DNA from: Chiloscyllium plagiosum
Lineage: Eukaryota
Assembly: GCF_004010195.1 (NCBI RefSeq)
Contig: NC_057718.1
Location: forward strand, 61,420,301-61,483,176
Length of the DNA stretch: 62,876 nt
Reading direction: 5' to 3'
Both the position numbers and the translations under genes were made by a program. Below, piece by piece: positions 1-11,952 of this stretch (position 1 is the first letter of the stretch; every line of letters starts with the position of its first letter). The notes beneath the pieces were generated by a model. That model searched no databases and was not told the DNA's origin. It saw only the letters and a list, made by a program, of their open reading frames with translations.

Positions 1-315
1 AGTTGATAGCCAGAAACTTTTTCCCAGGGTAGAGATTGTTAACACAAGGGGTCATAGTTTTAAGCTGTTTGGCGGAAAATATAATGAGGATGTTAGAGGC
101 GGGTTCTTTACACAGAGAGTTGAGAGCATGGAATGCGTTGCCAGCAGCAGTTGTGAAGCGAGGTCATTGGGGATATTTAAGAGACTGCTGGACATGCATA
201 TGGTCACAGAAATTTGAGGGATCGTACATTAGGTTTACCTTACATGAGGATCAATGGTCGGCACAACATCATGGGCTGAAGGGCCTGTTCTGTGCTGTAC
301 TGTTCTATGTTCTAT
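1..315 (+). mobile_element. CR1/HER1-type LINE 3' end (ORF2 C-terminus, 3'UTR, tail)
   Basis: FFPRV..TRGH-like coding remnant, then gggctgaagggcctgttctgtgctgtac and a tgttctat repeat tail. Confidence 0.85.
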
Positions 316-1698
316 TATCTTTGGGGGCCTAAGACTGCCATAAAATGGACAGTTCAAAAGAAGAAAAATCACACCCCTTATCCTCCAAAGATGTTATTGA
401 TTCACAGCAATCTGGTCTATCAAGCTGCCATGATCCCTTCTTTAAAGTCAAGACTATGACAGCGTATACAATGCAATTCCTGTTTATTTTACAGTAGCTA
501 TCATATATAGTTTAAAGTTTAAAAGGATTTGAGAGAGTTGTGGCAGTTTTCAGTACTTAGTGAGTACCAAGGCAGCACTTCAGTGAAACAGTATATCGAA
601 TGGATTTATTGACAGGAATAAACAGTGACATTGAGGAAACTTTAAAAATGCAGGTTAGTCCATCTAAGATCATGTTATCCGCAATTTCCTTTTACAGTGA
701 TTTACCTTCATGTGCCATACTGTGATCGGTTATGTCTCTTGCCCTTTCCCCTCATAAAAGCAATTTGATGTTCTGTTTTTATTTTCAGAGGTGGAGGAGG
801 GAAAATATGTCTCATTTATTTCCAAGTTGTCTCAGCCAAAGTTTAATATTAAATCAAAATTTAATTTAAAAAAAATTTGCCTGTACTCAGCTCACTTGTC
901 TAACTTAAATACAGAATAGAATAATTTTGTGAACAGGTCACAGAAGGGTTCTTAAGCAGATAGGGTTAGAGTCTGTTTGTGACCAGCCAGAGCAGTCAGG
1001 CATAGAGGATCTTGCCAAAGGGACTCAAACAAGCATGAAGCTTTCATTAAAACCAACAGGAAGCGTCGGGCCTCAGATTACAAGGATTTGAACTGACCTT
1101 TTGAGCTGGCCGTGACTGGCAGAAGACCCAGACATCTGCACGCAGGACCTGGTAATGGCACAGACAGAGACGTCTTTTCACAGCAGCTTAAAGATTTTCC
1201 ATGAAGGAAAAATAAGCAGACACAGATAACCATAACCTCTCCTTGATCTTTTTTCCTGTTCATTCAAAGGCCTCTGACTGAACCCGATGTTCACCTTAAA
1301 GCTACAATTGTGTGGCCTGGCGTTTGAGTTTCATTTGTGTTTCAGACTATCATTTCTTCTTCTATTATTCTTGCACTGTTTGTGAATTTAAGGAAACAGA
1401 CTGCTAACATTACAAGTTACTTCAGCACTGAGTCCTTGCTGTTGTTTTATTTTTGCTGTGAATCAATTTTGAGATAAGTATGTGCTACCCAATGCTGAAA
1501 TGTTAGCCTTTATGTCATTGTTTAGGCAGTAATCTGCTTAGACTCATCCTGCTTTTAAATTAGCTGTTTGAATTTAAACTCATTGGATTACAAATAAGAG
1601 GGTTTGTTCTTTGTCAGTTCCATATTTTCCTATAGTTTAACAGGAGGGATTGGGTTGGAGTGCAGTTATCCATTGGATCTCTCTATAGCAGGTTGAAG

Positions 1699-1790
1699 GA
1701 TTCCTGATGAAGGGCTTTTTGCGTGAAATGTCGATTCTCCTGCTCCTCGGATGCTGCCTGACCTGCTGTGCCTTTCAGCACCACACACTC
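1699..1790 (+). mobile_element. Solo PLE pLTR fragment with decayed hammerhead motif
   Basis: ctgatga-a-gggc-ttttt-gcgt-gaaatgtc followed by ggatgctgcctgacctgctgtg, as at the end of the GIY-YIG PLE fragment at 5494-5590. Confidence 0.75.
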
Positions 1791-2164
1791 CAAACAGATG
1801 AAGGCTGTTGAACTCTGAATCAAGGTTAGTTTGTGGGCACAGTTTTAAAATCCTCATTTACAAACATGCTAAAATCCTACTTAAACAATTATTCAGAGGG
1901 CAATTTGACCACTCAATTGGTAAATTCAAATCATAGGATGAACGTAAACCCTGGGGAGATGCCAGTTTCGACTCTTGACCAGGGTTGTATTGACTCTGAA
2001 GTAGGTGGCAGTTAGCTTAGCCTTACTGGTCAAGGAGGGCTATAGGCCAGCTCATAATCCCCCTCCTGATAAGAATGAAACTGCTTTCACATGGACATTG
2101 CATCAGAATCATAATCAAATAGTGGTATTTTTCAAGATGACCACTTTCCAGGTACCTTGTGGTG

Positions 2165-2416
2165 TTTATCCCCAGACCCATCCCCACTAACCTTATTCCC
2201 TGTAACCCTGCATATCCCATGACTAATCCACCTAGCCTGCACAATTTAGCACAGCCAATCCACCTAACCTGTACATCTTTGGACTGTGGGAGGAAACCCA
2301 TGCAGACACAGGGAGAACGTGCCCACTCCCTACAGACAGTCATCCAAGATGGAATTAAACCCATGTCGCTGGAGCTGTGAGGCAGCAGTGCTAACCCCTG
2401 AGCTATCTTGCCACCT
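2165..2416 (-). mobile_element. HE1-type tRNA-derived V-SINE (older copy)
   Basis: Clearly similar to the copies at 6271 and 9611 (ctttggactgtgggaggaaacc...ctgtgaggcagcagtgctaac). Confidence 0.85.
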
Positions 2417-4854
2417 CTATGACCATCCCATACTGTTGTGGGATGTGAAACCAGACTTTAAGGCCCAGAATTGGGACACAACTACCGTATTGTTCTTAGA
2501 TGTCAAGAAGGTTTACTTCATGATGGCAATAACTAATTATTTTGATCAGGGATAATCTTTACAAACTTTAAAGAACTGATACAGCTACATCTGCTCCCTC
2601 CAAAAACTAGAAGACAACTTCCTGTCTCCACCTACAGATTGTGGCATCAATAGAATGGGTGTAGCCAATGTAACATGACATTAGCCCTTTCAGAAGCATT
2701 ACATTATACAACAATAGACTGCACATACTTACTAGGTTAGGCTCAAGCATAATATATTGGCTGTTCATTGAGTTGTAAGGTGGAAACTAGTGCCTGAACC
2801 TAGTGGAAGTCAGTGTCTTCAGCAGAGGTTAGAAAAGGGGAAATATTTCTTATGACAAAAACATACTTTGATCTGGAATATGTTTGAATTCCTCCAGTTG
2901 TGTGTCTGCAGGGAACAAGTTCTGATAGTGGTAATAGGGGAGAAATGAATTGTAGTTGGACTTTTGCTAAACTGCTCAAGTATGTTCGCTTCTGTTAGAA
3001 TTGTGTTTGTTAGGAACTCCAGACAGCAAGGGGTTTCAGGTTCAGGATCATGCTCATATGGAGCCAGAATTTGAGAGCAGTACTGCAGAATTTTTTATCA
3101 CAAGGCAGCAGTGATAATGACCTTAACCTTACTTTATTTTCTAATCAACCTGTTCAGAGATATTCCCCTGGTCCACATGTTGGGACATTACCATTACTCC
3201 AAGAGCATTTTTGCAGACACTTATGGTCTGATTTTAACTCTGATCAACTGGTCAGTTACCAAGATATTGAGCAGCTAAAAGAAGGGCAGTATCTTAGTCC
3301 ATTCAAATCCTCTGCCTTCCTGCAGGAACTCATTTTAATTGGCTGGTTTTAACAGGTAAAAGAGATATTTGCTTGAAGGAGTAGACCACTGCTTTAAATA
3401 TGCAGAAATATTCAGCAATATCAGTTGGGCTAAACTGCAATTTTAACAAGGCATTGCATCTTCCTCATTAGGCTATGCTGGTGGCAAGTCAATCCTGGAT
3501 AGTAGAGTTTACAAAATGAAATGTTTCCTCTGGCTAGAAGTGTTCCTTTAGGAAAGAAAGTTGGAGCCTCTTTCGCCTTGATTTGCCTTCTCACTATTGA
3601 CCACAATGTCCTCCCCATCTTTTAGATCATCATGGGACAAACCTATTAAAATTTCCACTCTCTGCGTCCACATGAAATTGCATTGCTATACACTAGGGCG
3701 ACATCGATTTTTCTTACACCCAATGTTGTGGAGATACAATAACAAGGAATCAAATGGATAGTGTATTGTCATTTCTATATGTGTTTTGAGTACTTTTATG
3801 TTTATAGAGAGGCAAGTACTCTGTCTTATCTCAAATAACAGATAATATCCAGGAAGTAGTGCGGCAAAGGAAGAAAGCCAACTAGAACAACTTCCAAAAC
3901 TATTTCCAGCCTAGGACTTCACAAGTTGCACTGAAAAGTCTCTCTAAATTGTTTAGGAGTCACTTCTGAGAATTCAACAGCATCATAAAATCGGACTGCT
4001 TTCCTGTTGAATGGGTGATATCATTGAATGAACTGACTCTCCTGCACAGCACACAAGTTATCTACCTGGCACATTTTGGTTGCTTTGGCCAGAACATTAA
4101 ACATTAAGTTCTAACTCCTCTGCCTGTAAAAATCAGCAGGTCACTGAGTGAAAATTGAGCTGGTCAACCTTTTGCTCAATTCTATTTGCGTCAACATACT
4201 TCCTGGGGCTTTGAGCTAGGTGGCCAAGCTATACCTTGAATCAGGTGCAAATATCAAAGAACCCAAGCAAATCAGTGTCAACCATGAACATTCCATTCAG
4301 TAAAACCTGCCAACAAAAGCAGGAAGGTAAGTGTTGAAATTTTGTTTGAAGGGATAGTAAGTGCAGGTGAGATTGACTTCCCTGCCACCTGATATTGGAC
4401 TGACTGCAAGCCTGTGGGCTATAATAGGGCACCTTTTCAGAACTGGTAACTTACCAGATGCATGTTACTGAGGCCTGGCACTCAGAATGGCCTGGGTTTG
4501 CTACTGTGGCAACGCTGTCGCACATAAATACTTTATGAACACATATGGTACATAGTGAAAGATAAATCAGTAGTGTCAGGAGGAGACGGTAGGAATGTTA
4601 AGCGCCAATAACCAGTGAAAAGCTGTTGAAGAGGAAACAAACCCTTCAAGTGTTTCAGTCATGGTGCAAGGAGATCTCTTGATGTTAAATATTCTTGTGG
4701 CTCTAAAGAATTTTGCACATAATTTTCACTGGTTGCTCTCAGCAGGCTACGCTAATCTCAATGTCAACACAAGAGAACTGTTCATTCAAATAGGTGTCCA
4801 TGATGGCATTATCAGCTGCACTGTTCTTTTACATATCAACTAGACTGTACAGAC

Positions 4855-5590
4855 CCCACCAGAGATATATTTCCCTCCCCATCTCTATCCGCTTTCCCTA
4901 AATACCGTTCCCTCTGCGACTACTTTGTCAGGTCCACGCCACCTAACAATCCACCCTCCCCTCCCGGCACCTTCCCCTGCCACTGCAGGAATTGAAAAAC
5001 CATGCACCCACACCTCCCCCCAAGGCCACAAAGGAGCATTCCACATTCATCAAAGTTTCACCTGCACATCCACCAATGTCATGTACTATATCCATTGCTC
5101 CCGATGCGGTCTCCTCTACATTGGGGAGACAGAACACCTACTTACAGAGCACTTCAGGGAACATCTTCAGAACACCTGCACAATCAATCCCACTACCCCA
5201 TGGCCGAACACTAACTCCCTCTCATTCTGCTGAGGGCATGGGGGTCCTGGACCTCCTCTATCGGCACTCCCTCACCACCTGACGCCTGGAGGAAGAATGC
5301 CTCATCGTCCGCCTTGGGATCCTCCAACCCCATGGCATCAATCTAGATCTTCCTTCCCACCTATCTGCGCCACCCTCCTCTCCGACCTATCACCTTTACC
5401 CCACCTCCATCCACCTATTGCACTCTCGGCTACCTTCACCCCAGACCCACCCCCCTTTCCATTTATCTCTCCAACCCCGAGGCTCCCAGCCTCATTCCTG
5501 ATGAAGGGCTTTTGCCCAAAACGTTGATTTTCCTGCTCCTCGGATGCTGCCTGACCTGCTGTGCCTTTCCAACAACCCACTCTTGACTGT
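4855..5590 (+). mobile_element. 5'-truncated Penelope-like element (GIY-YIG region plus pLTR/HHR)
   Basis: FTCTSTNVMYYIHCSRCGLLYIGET...FREH GIY-YIG motif in ORF 4925-5233; ctgatga-a-gggcttttgccc-aaaacgtt at 5498-5525. Confidence 0.88.
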
Positions 5591-6179
5591 TGATTATTAA
5601 AGCCCATTAATAATTAAGTGATTAAAAATTGATTTAAAAGTTCTCAGATTTTTCAGTTTCTATCAGTTTTTAAAATTTTTGTTGAGAAACTAGGAAGTCT
5701 TGATGTGGCAGCCTACATTGTAGTAAAACTGAATATGTTTATTATGGATTTATTGACCTGGGACTTTGTGACTTAGGCTTCAGTAACAATACTTTTTTTT
5801 CAATGTGGAATAGTAGTCTTTGATGGACTTAGGATGTGTTGGTGTAATTTTACTAAAAGGGACCAGACCAATATCGACTACAACCTGCGTCCAGTTGTAC
5901 TCACAAACACATTTAATCTTACACACATTCTTATAACCACGCGGTATGGTTTTGTCTGAAAATCCTGTTCGTAATTTCACAACTGAACATTGAGCTGAAA
6001 TGTAACTTACACATTGACGATATTTAACGTCCAGTCTTTTTCAATTTTACCAAAAACCTTAATCCTAGTGTTCACAACAACCTGATTTTTGACTGTGTAT
6101 GGACTGACAAGCTCCCCCAAATGTCAGATGAGAAATCATTTCATACGCCTGAAAGAAACATTAACTGTGGAACATAACC

Positions 6180-6615
6180 TAGTGTAGAACTAAAAGTGTG
6201 TTGCATTGTATGAAATGGAGTCCTTCCAATGAGATGTTAATCAGAGACCCTGAGATTTAGGAATAAATCTGTGGCAGCACGGTGGCACAGTGGTTAGCAC
6301 TGCTGCCTTACAGCGCCAATGACCCGGGTTCAATTCCCAACTCAGGCGACTGACTGTGTGGAGTTTGTACATTCTCCCAGTGTCTGCTTGGGTTTCCTCC
6401 GGGTGCTCCGGTTTCCTCCCACAGTCCAAAAATGTGCAGGTTAGGTGAATTGGCCATGCTAAATTGCCCGTAGTGTTAGGTGAAGGGGTAAATGTAGGGG
6501 AATGGATCTGGGTGGGTTGCGCTTCGGCGGGTCGGTGTGGACCTATTGGGCCGAAGGGCCTGTTTCCACACTAAGTAATCTAATCTAAAACCCCTCTGAG
6601 ATGTTGGTAGATGGT
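6180..6615 (+). mobile_element. Ancient Deu-domain-like SINE relic interrupted by the HE1 SINE
   Basis: gtgtgttgcattgt...gagatgttaatcagagaccctg, resuming ccctctgagatg after the HE1; resembles the recalled SacSINE1/AmnSINE Deu domain. Confidence 0.35.
6271..6588 (+). mobile_element. Full-length young HE1-type V-SINE
   Basis: Pol III A box tggcacagtgg, B box ggttcaattccc, V-domain, CR1-like tail gggccgaagggcctgtttcc and (taatc)n end. Confidence 0.92.
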
Positions 6616-6639
6616 CGGAGGAACTTTAAAAATGCAGAA

Positions 6640-7400
6640 GCTTCTTAGCCTCAAAGTTCTTCTCTGCAATCTCTCCCCTTACCAGCAATCTCTCTTCTGA
6701 AACTTCTAAGCCAATGTTCTCTCTTCCCTTGTTGATCTCTCCTTCCCTCAGTCTGTCTCCAGAATTGTTGCTCCTGAAATCTCACTTCCATTCTCTTTCC
6801 TTCACAATGTCTCCACCTCCATATTCGCACCCTCTCACTCTCCAGCAATGATTTCTCCCCTTATTGTATCTCCATCCTGTGCTTTCTAAACTTCAAACTC
6901 TCTCATTACTATCTCTAACCTGCAACCTCTCTGTCACTATTCCTCCCCTTGCTATCTCTTCTCCAATCTCTCACTGCAATCTCTTCCTTCACAACTTCTC
7001 CCCTCACAAGCACTGCCCTGGAATCTCTCCCTCCTCAATCTCTCCCCTTGCAAATTTGTCACCCCCCCCCCCCCCAACAATCCTGCAATCTGTCCTTCTG
7101 CCAGATTTCTCTCCCATGCCAGCACTCTCCCCTGCCAACTCCTAATCCCCTGGCAACTCTTTCCACCTATCTATTCTCTCCCCTTGGCAGAACTCTCTGC
7201 TGGCAGCTCTGTCCCATGTCAGCTCTCTCCCATTGCCTGCTCTCTCTTCTGTCAGTTCTGCCACACCAACTCTCTCCACTGCCAGCTCACCACTTTCGAG
7301 TTCTTGTTCTCCAGTGAACTCTTCCCTAGTAATCTCCACCCCCCCCTCCCCACCATCCACCCCTTCCTCTGACAGGACGGTTCCTGTAATTCCCCTGCCT
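6640..7400. repeat. Pyrimidine-rich degenerate tandem/low-complexity tract
   Basis: Repeated ctgcaatctctcccc-like units, strong C/T strand bias, C15 run near 7060. Confidence 0.7.
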
Positions 7401-7699
7401 CACTCTGAACGTATCCCATGCCCCTGACTCCTGGCGATCTGTGAATTTTTGAAAATTGTTCCCTGCAGTCTCTGGCTGCTGCCTTTTACCTGAGTCTCGT
7501 TCACCTTCCCATTGGCCAATCTGGCACAAACTCAAAAGTTGGTATTTGGTTTCTTAATATAAACCAATGTAAATTGATAGTTGTTTTATAGATCTAACTA
7601 GCTGTTTATTTAATCTCTAACAGGTCAGAGATGCTTTGCAAAATCCTTCAGAAACATCCTATCTTTCCCAGCAAATGTTGATGGTGCATCTGCCATCCT

Positions 7700-7855
7700 C
7701 CTATCATGGAATGATGCAGTGCAGAAAGTGACCATTTGGCTCACTGTGACTACCTTGCATCTTTGGCAGATATCAAATTAGTTGTACACCCTGGCTCTTT
7801 CCCCATGGTTATTTAATTGCTTTCATTTCAAGTATTTATCCAATTTCTTTTCTTC
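7700..7855 (-). mobile_element. Old CR1 3' tail relic
   Basis: tcatggaatgatgcagtgcagaaagtgaccattt...caagtatttatccaatt resembles antisense CR1 tails elsewhere in the window. Confidence 0.5.
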
Positions 7856-8349
7856 CCAACCTCACTCCTTTAGTCACTGGGATCATATTTCAACTGGAAT
7901 TTCAACCTTGTAGCCCTTCAGTTGGGTAATCAACTATAAGGGGAACAGAAACAAGTACAATCCAGTTTTTAACCAATATCCAAACTCACACACGAACATA
8001 TGCCTACACTTAAACCCATAGCTGTGTGCACTTACTGGTTGCAATCACGAAGCTGCAATTCAGAAGCATTGCTCATTGAACAATGAGGTCCATTCTGGAC
8101 CTTTGCATTGCTGAGCTCTGCAAACTGAGCACAGGCATACGGATGGAATCCAAGACTTCCCTGGCCTGAACAACTAAGTACCCTGTTAATAGGTTCCAAC
8201 TTCAGACCAAGACTTGGAATAACATTATGCTTAGTTTTATGTTCCTGTTTTTTTTTGTCTGTAACCCTATAAATTCAAAGTTTGTGCTAAGATTTGTAGC
8301 TCGGGTGCTCGTTGTTGTGGTTCTGTTCGCCGAACTGGAAGTTTTTGTT

Positions 8350-8389
8350 GCAAACGTTTCGTCCCCTGGCTAGGCGACATCATCAGTGC
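8350..8389 (-). ncRNA. Minimal type-I hammerhead ribozyme motif
   Basis: Exact reverse complement of 9049-9088. Confidence 0.8.
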
Positions 8390-9048
8390 TTGGGAGCCTC
8401 CTGCGAAGCGCTTCTTTGATGTTTCCTCCGGTTTTATAGTGGTCTGTCCCTGCCGCTTCCGGTTGTCAGTTTCAGCTGTCCGCTGTAGTGGTTGGTATAT
8501 TGGGTCCAGGTCGATGTGTTTGTTGATGGAGTTTGTGGATGAATGCCATGCCTCTAGGAATTCCCTGGCTGTTCTCTGTCTGGCTTGCCCTATGATAGTA
8601 GTGTTGTCCCAGTCGAATTCATGTTGCTTGTTGTCTGCGTGTGTGGCTACTAAGGATCGCTGTTCGTGTCGTTTCGTGGCTAGTTGATGTTCATGTATGC
8701 GGATTATTAGCTTTCTTCCTGTTTGTCCTATATAGTGTTTGTACTATACACTACTAATGTAGTGTACAAAATACTATGCAAGGACTGCACTAAACACTAT
8801 ATAGGACAGGCAACATGAATTCGACTGGGACAACACTACTATCATAGGGCAAGCCAGACAGAGAACAGCCAAGGAATTCCTAGAGGCATGGCATTCATCC
8901 ACAAACTCCATCAACAAACACATCGACCTGGACCCAATATACCAACCACTACAGCGGACAGCTGAAACTGACAACCGGAAGCGGCAGGGACAGACCACTC
9001 TAAACACTGGAGGAAACATCAAAGAAGCGCTTCGCAGGAGGCTCCCAA

Positions 9049-9088
9049 GCACTGATGATGTCGCCTAGCCAGGGGACGAAACGTTTGC
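9049..9088 (+). ncRNA. Minimal type-I hammerhead ribozyme motif
   Basis: GCA-CUGAUGA-U-GUCgCCU(agcc)AGGgGAC-GAAA-CG-UU-UGC: stem I GCA/UGC, stem II, loopless palindromic stem III (AAACGUUU). Confidence 0.8.
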
Positions 9089-9610
9089 AACAAAAACTTC
9101 CAGCTCGGCGAACAGAACCACAACAACCCTATAAATCTTCATCCTCAAGTAGGTGTCTGCCTCCCTTTAAAGGTAAAATTAGATTGAGCATTCCCGATTC
9201 TGACAGCTCTCTGAATGAAGAACTTTCTCTTCTAGCTCTAACTCTCTGCATCTCTTACAGCTACCATTCTTATAAATGCTGTAGAACCATACAACACAAC
9301 AAGTACTGAAACTATGCTTCCTGAGAATGTGATGATTTTTGTAAGTTGTTTAAAACCAGAAAGACTTGCTGCAATGATGACCAAGAGATGCCATTGTCAG
9401 TTACAAGTCACAAGTTGAGTTTGGATATCAGTTATAACCATTGATGTGCCATCGCAGGGTTTCATGTTAATGAATCTTCTACAACAGCCAATGACTTACC
9501 ACCAAGCTTGATGTCAATTAGTTTTACATTCCTAATGGTACCATGCATTAAGGGGTTGCCATTTGTAACTTCAGCAGAGAATTTGAACTGGCCAATCAGC
9601 CCATTGGTTA

Positions 9611-9924
9611 TTAGATTAGATTACTTACAATGTGGAAACAGGCCCCTCGGCCCAACAAGTCCACACCGCCCCGCCGAAGCGCAACCCACCCATACCCCTA
9701 CATTTACCCCTTACCTAACACTACGGGCAATTTCGCATGGCCAATTCACCTGACCTGCACATCTTTGGACTGTGGGAGGAAACCGGAGCACCCAGAGGAA
9801 ACCCACGCAGACACGGGGAGAACGTGCAAACTCCACACAGTCAATCGCCTAAGGCGGGTATTGAACCCGGGTCTCTGGCGCTGTGAGGCAGCAGTGCTAA
9901 CCACTGTGCCACCGTGCCGCCCAC
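9611..9924 (-). mobile_element. Full-length young HE1-type V-SINE
   Basis: Inverted near-copy of 6271-6588; short TSD ggttat (9606-9611 / 9925-9930). Confidence 0.92.
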
Positions 9925-10129
9925 GGTTATGTCAGCTGATTTCCTTATATATCGTCTTATAATTTGATCCATAAAATTCACGCTGCCAGATTAGTCCTCT
10001 GGGTGTGGAAATTGGAAGTCTACCTCATCCAACGTTAATTGGAAGCCATTTTATCTTGAATTCCTTTATCATTGCTCCCACTGACTTGTCAAATTGCAAG
10101 TAGACATAAAGTCAATGTTGGAATTCTGA

Positions 10130-10222
10130 AATTAAAAAAACAAAAATTGCAGAAATTGCTCAGCAGATCAGACAGCATCAGAAGGGGGAGAAACAGTTAG
10201 CGTTTCCTATCATCAGAACCTG
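10130..10222 (-). mobile_element. Old PLE pLTR/HHR relic
   Basis: Minus strand gttctgatgatag-gaaacgctaac followed by gatgctgtctgatctgctgag. Confidence 0.45.
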
Positions 10223-10289
10223 AAGTTCAAAGTAACTTTCAAAAGGCGAGTTGAAACGTGAAGACTGACAAGCTCACATCACAGATGTG

Positions 10290-11952
10290 ACCAGTATTTT
10301 GCACCTGTGTTTACTGTGGAAAAGGACATGGAAGATATAGAAAGTAGGGAAATAGATGGTGACATCTTGAAATATGTCCATATTACAGAGAAGGAAGTGC
10401 TGGATGTCTTGAAACATAAAAATGGATAAATCCCCAGGACCTGATGAGGTTTACCCGAGAACTCTGAGAAGCAAGGGAAGTGATTGCTGGGCCTCTTATT
10501 GAGATATTTGTATCATCTATAGTCACAGGTGAGATGCCGGAAGACTGGAGGTTGGCTAACGTGGTTCCTTTGTTTAAGAAAGGTGGTAAGGGCAAGCCAG
10601 GGAACCTAAAGTCAGTGGTGGGCAAGTTGTTGGAGGGAATCATAAGGGAAAGGATGTACATGTATTTGGAAAGGCAAGGACTGGTTAGGGATCATCAACA
10701 TGGCTTTGTGTGAGGGAAATCATGTCTCAAACTTGATTGAGTTTGTTGAAGAAGTAACAACGAGGATTGATGAGGGCAGAATGGTAGATGTGATCTTCAG
10801 TAAGGTTCCCCGTGGGAGACTGGTTAGCAAGGTTAGATCTCACAGAATACAGGGAGAACTAGCCATTTGGATACAGAACTGGCTCAAAAGGTCGAAGACA
10901 GAGTGATGGTGGAGGGTTGTTTTTCAGACTGGAGTGACCAATGGAGTGCCACAAGGATTGGTGCTGGGTCCACTACTTTTCATCATTTATATAAATGATT
11001 TGGATATGGGCATAAGAGGTATAGTTAGTAATTTTGCAGATGACACCAAAATTGGAGGTATAGTGGTCAGCGAAGAAGGTTACCTCAGATTACAACCCAA
11101 TCTTGATCAGATGGGCCAATGAGCTGACAAGTGGCAGACAGAGTTTAATTCAGATAAATGCGAGGTGCTGCATTTTAGGAAAACAAATCTTAGCAGGACT
11201 TATACACTTAATAGTAAGGTCCTAGGGAGTGTTGCTGAACAAAGAGACCTTGGCCTGCAGGTTCATAGCTCCTTGAAAGTGGAGTCGCAGGTAGATAGGA
11301 TAGTGAAGGCAGCATTCGTTATGCTTTCCTTTATTGGTCAGAGTATTGAGTACAGAAGTTGGGAGGTCATGTTGCAGTTCTACAGGATATTGGTTAGGCC
11401 ACTGTTGGAATATTGCGTGCAATTCTGGTCTCCTTCCTATTGGAAAGATGTTGTGAAACTTGAAAGGGTTCAGAAAAGATTTACAAGGATGTTGTCAGGG
11501 TTGACGGATTTGAGCTATAGGGAGAGGTTGAATAGGCTGAGGCTGTTTTTCCTCAACAGAAGTCTGAGGGGTGTCCTCAGAGTTTATAAAATCATGAGGG
11601 GCATGGGTAGTATAAATAGACAAAGTCTCTTCCCTGGGATGGGGGAGTCCAGAACTAGAGGACATGGTTTAGAGTGAGTGTGGCAAGATATAAAAGAGAC
11701 CTAAGTGGTAACTTTTTCACACAGAGGATGATATATGTATAGAATGAGCTGCCAGAGGAAGTGGTGGAGGCGAGTACTATTGCAACATTTAAAAGGCATC
11801 TGGATGGGTACATGAATTAGACGGGTTTGAAGGGATATGGGCCGGGTGCTGGCAGGTGGGACTAGATTGGGTTGTGATATCTGGTCGGCTTGGACAAGTT
11901 GGACCGAAGGGTCTGTTTCCATGCTGTACACCTCTATGACTATGACTCTATG
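10290..11952 (+). mobile_element. 5'-truncated CR1/HER1 LINE (RT pseudogene plus tail)
   Basis: [46 protein letters not shown]; frameshifts and stops; (ctatga)n tail. Confidence 0.95.

Larger units (their letters stand above)
8275..9127. mobile_element. Palindromic PLE insertion (Poseidon-like GIY-YIG end, inverted pLTRs)
   Basis: Arms 8311-8627 and 8810-9127 are near-perfect inverted repeats; minus strand encodes KHYIGQTGRKL..RIHEH..HEFDWDN..AREFLEAWH; plus strand TNVVYKILCKDCTKHYIGQ; TSD aaccctataaat at 8263-8274 and 9125-9136; unpaired tail 8275-8310. Confidence 0.92.

Noticed and set aside
5780..6150. CpG-retaining minus-strand segment with acceptor- and donor-like sites
   Set aside because: No consistent open exon between good splice sites and no recognisable product
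6864..7427. Overlapping Ser/Pro/Leu-rich ORFs
   Set aside because: Low-complexity pyrimidine tract depleted of stop codons
8439..9052. Two near-identical Cys-rich ORFs on opposite strands
   Set aside because: Antisense shadows of the GIY-YIG coding strand in the palindrome arms
9630..9962. 110-aa ORF (DCGRKPEHPEETHADTGRTC)
   Set aside because: Antisense translation of the HE1 SINE
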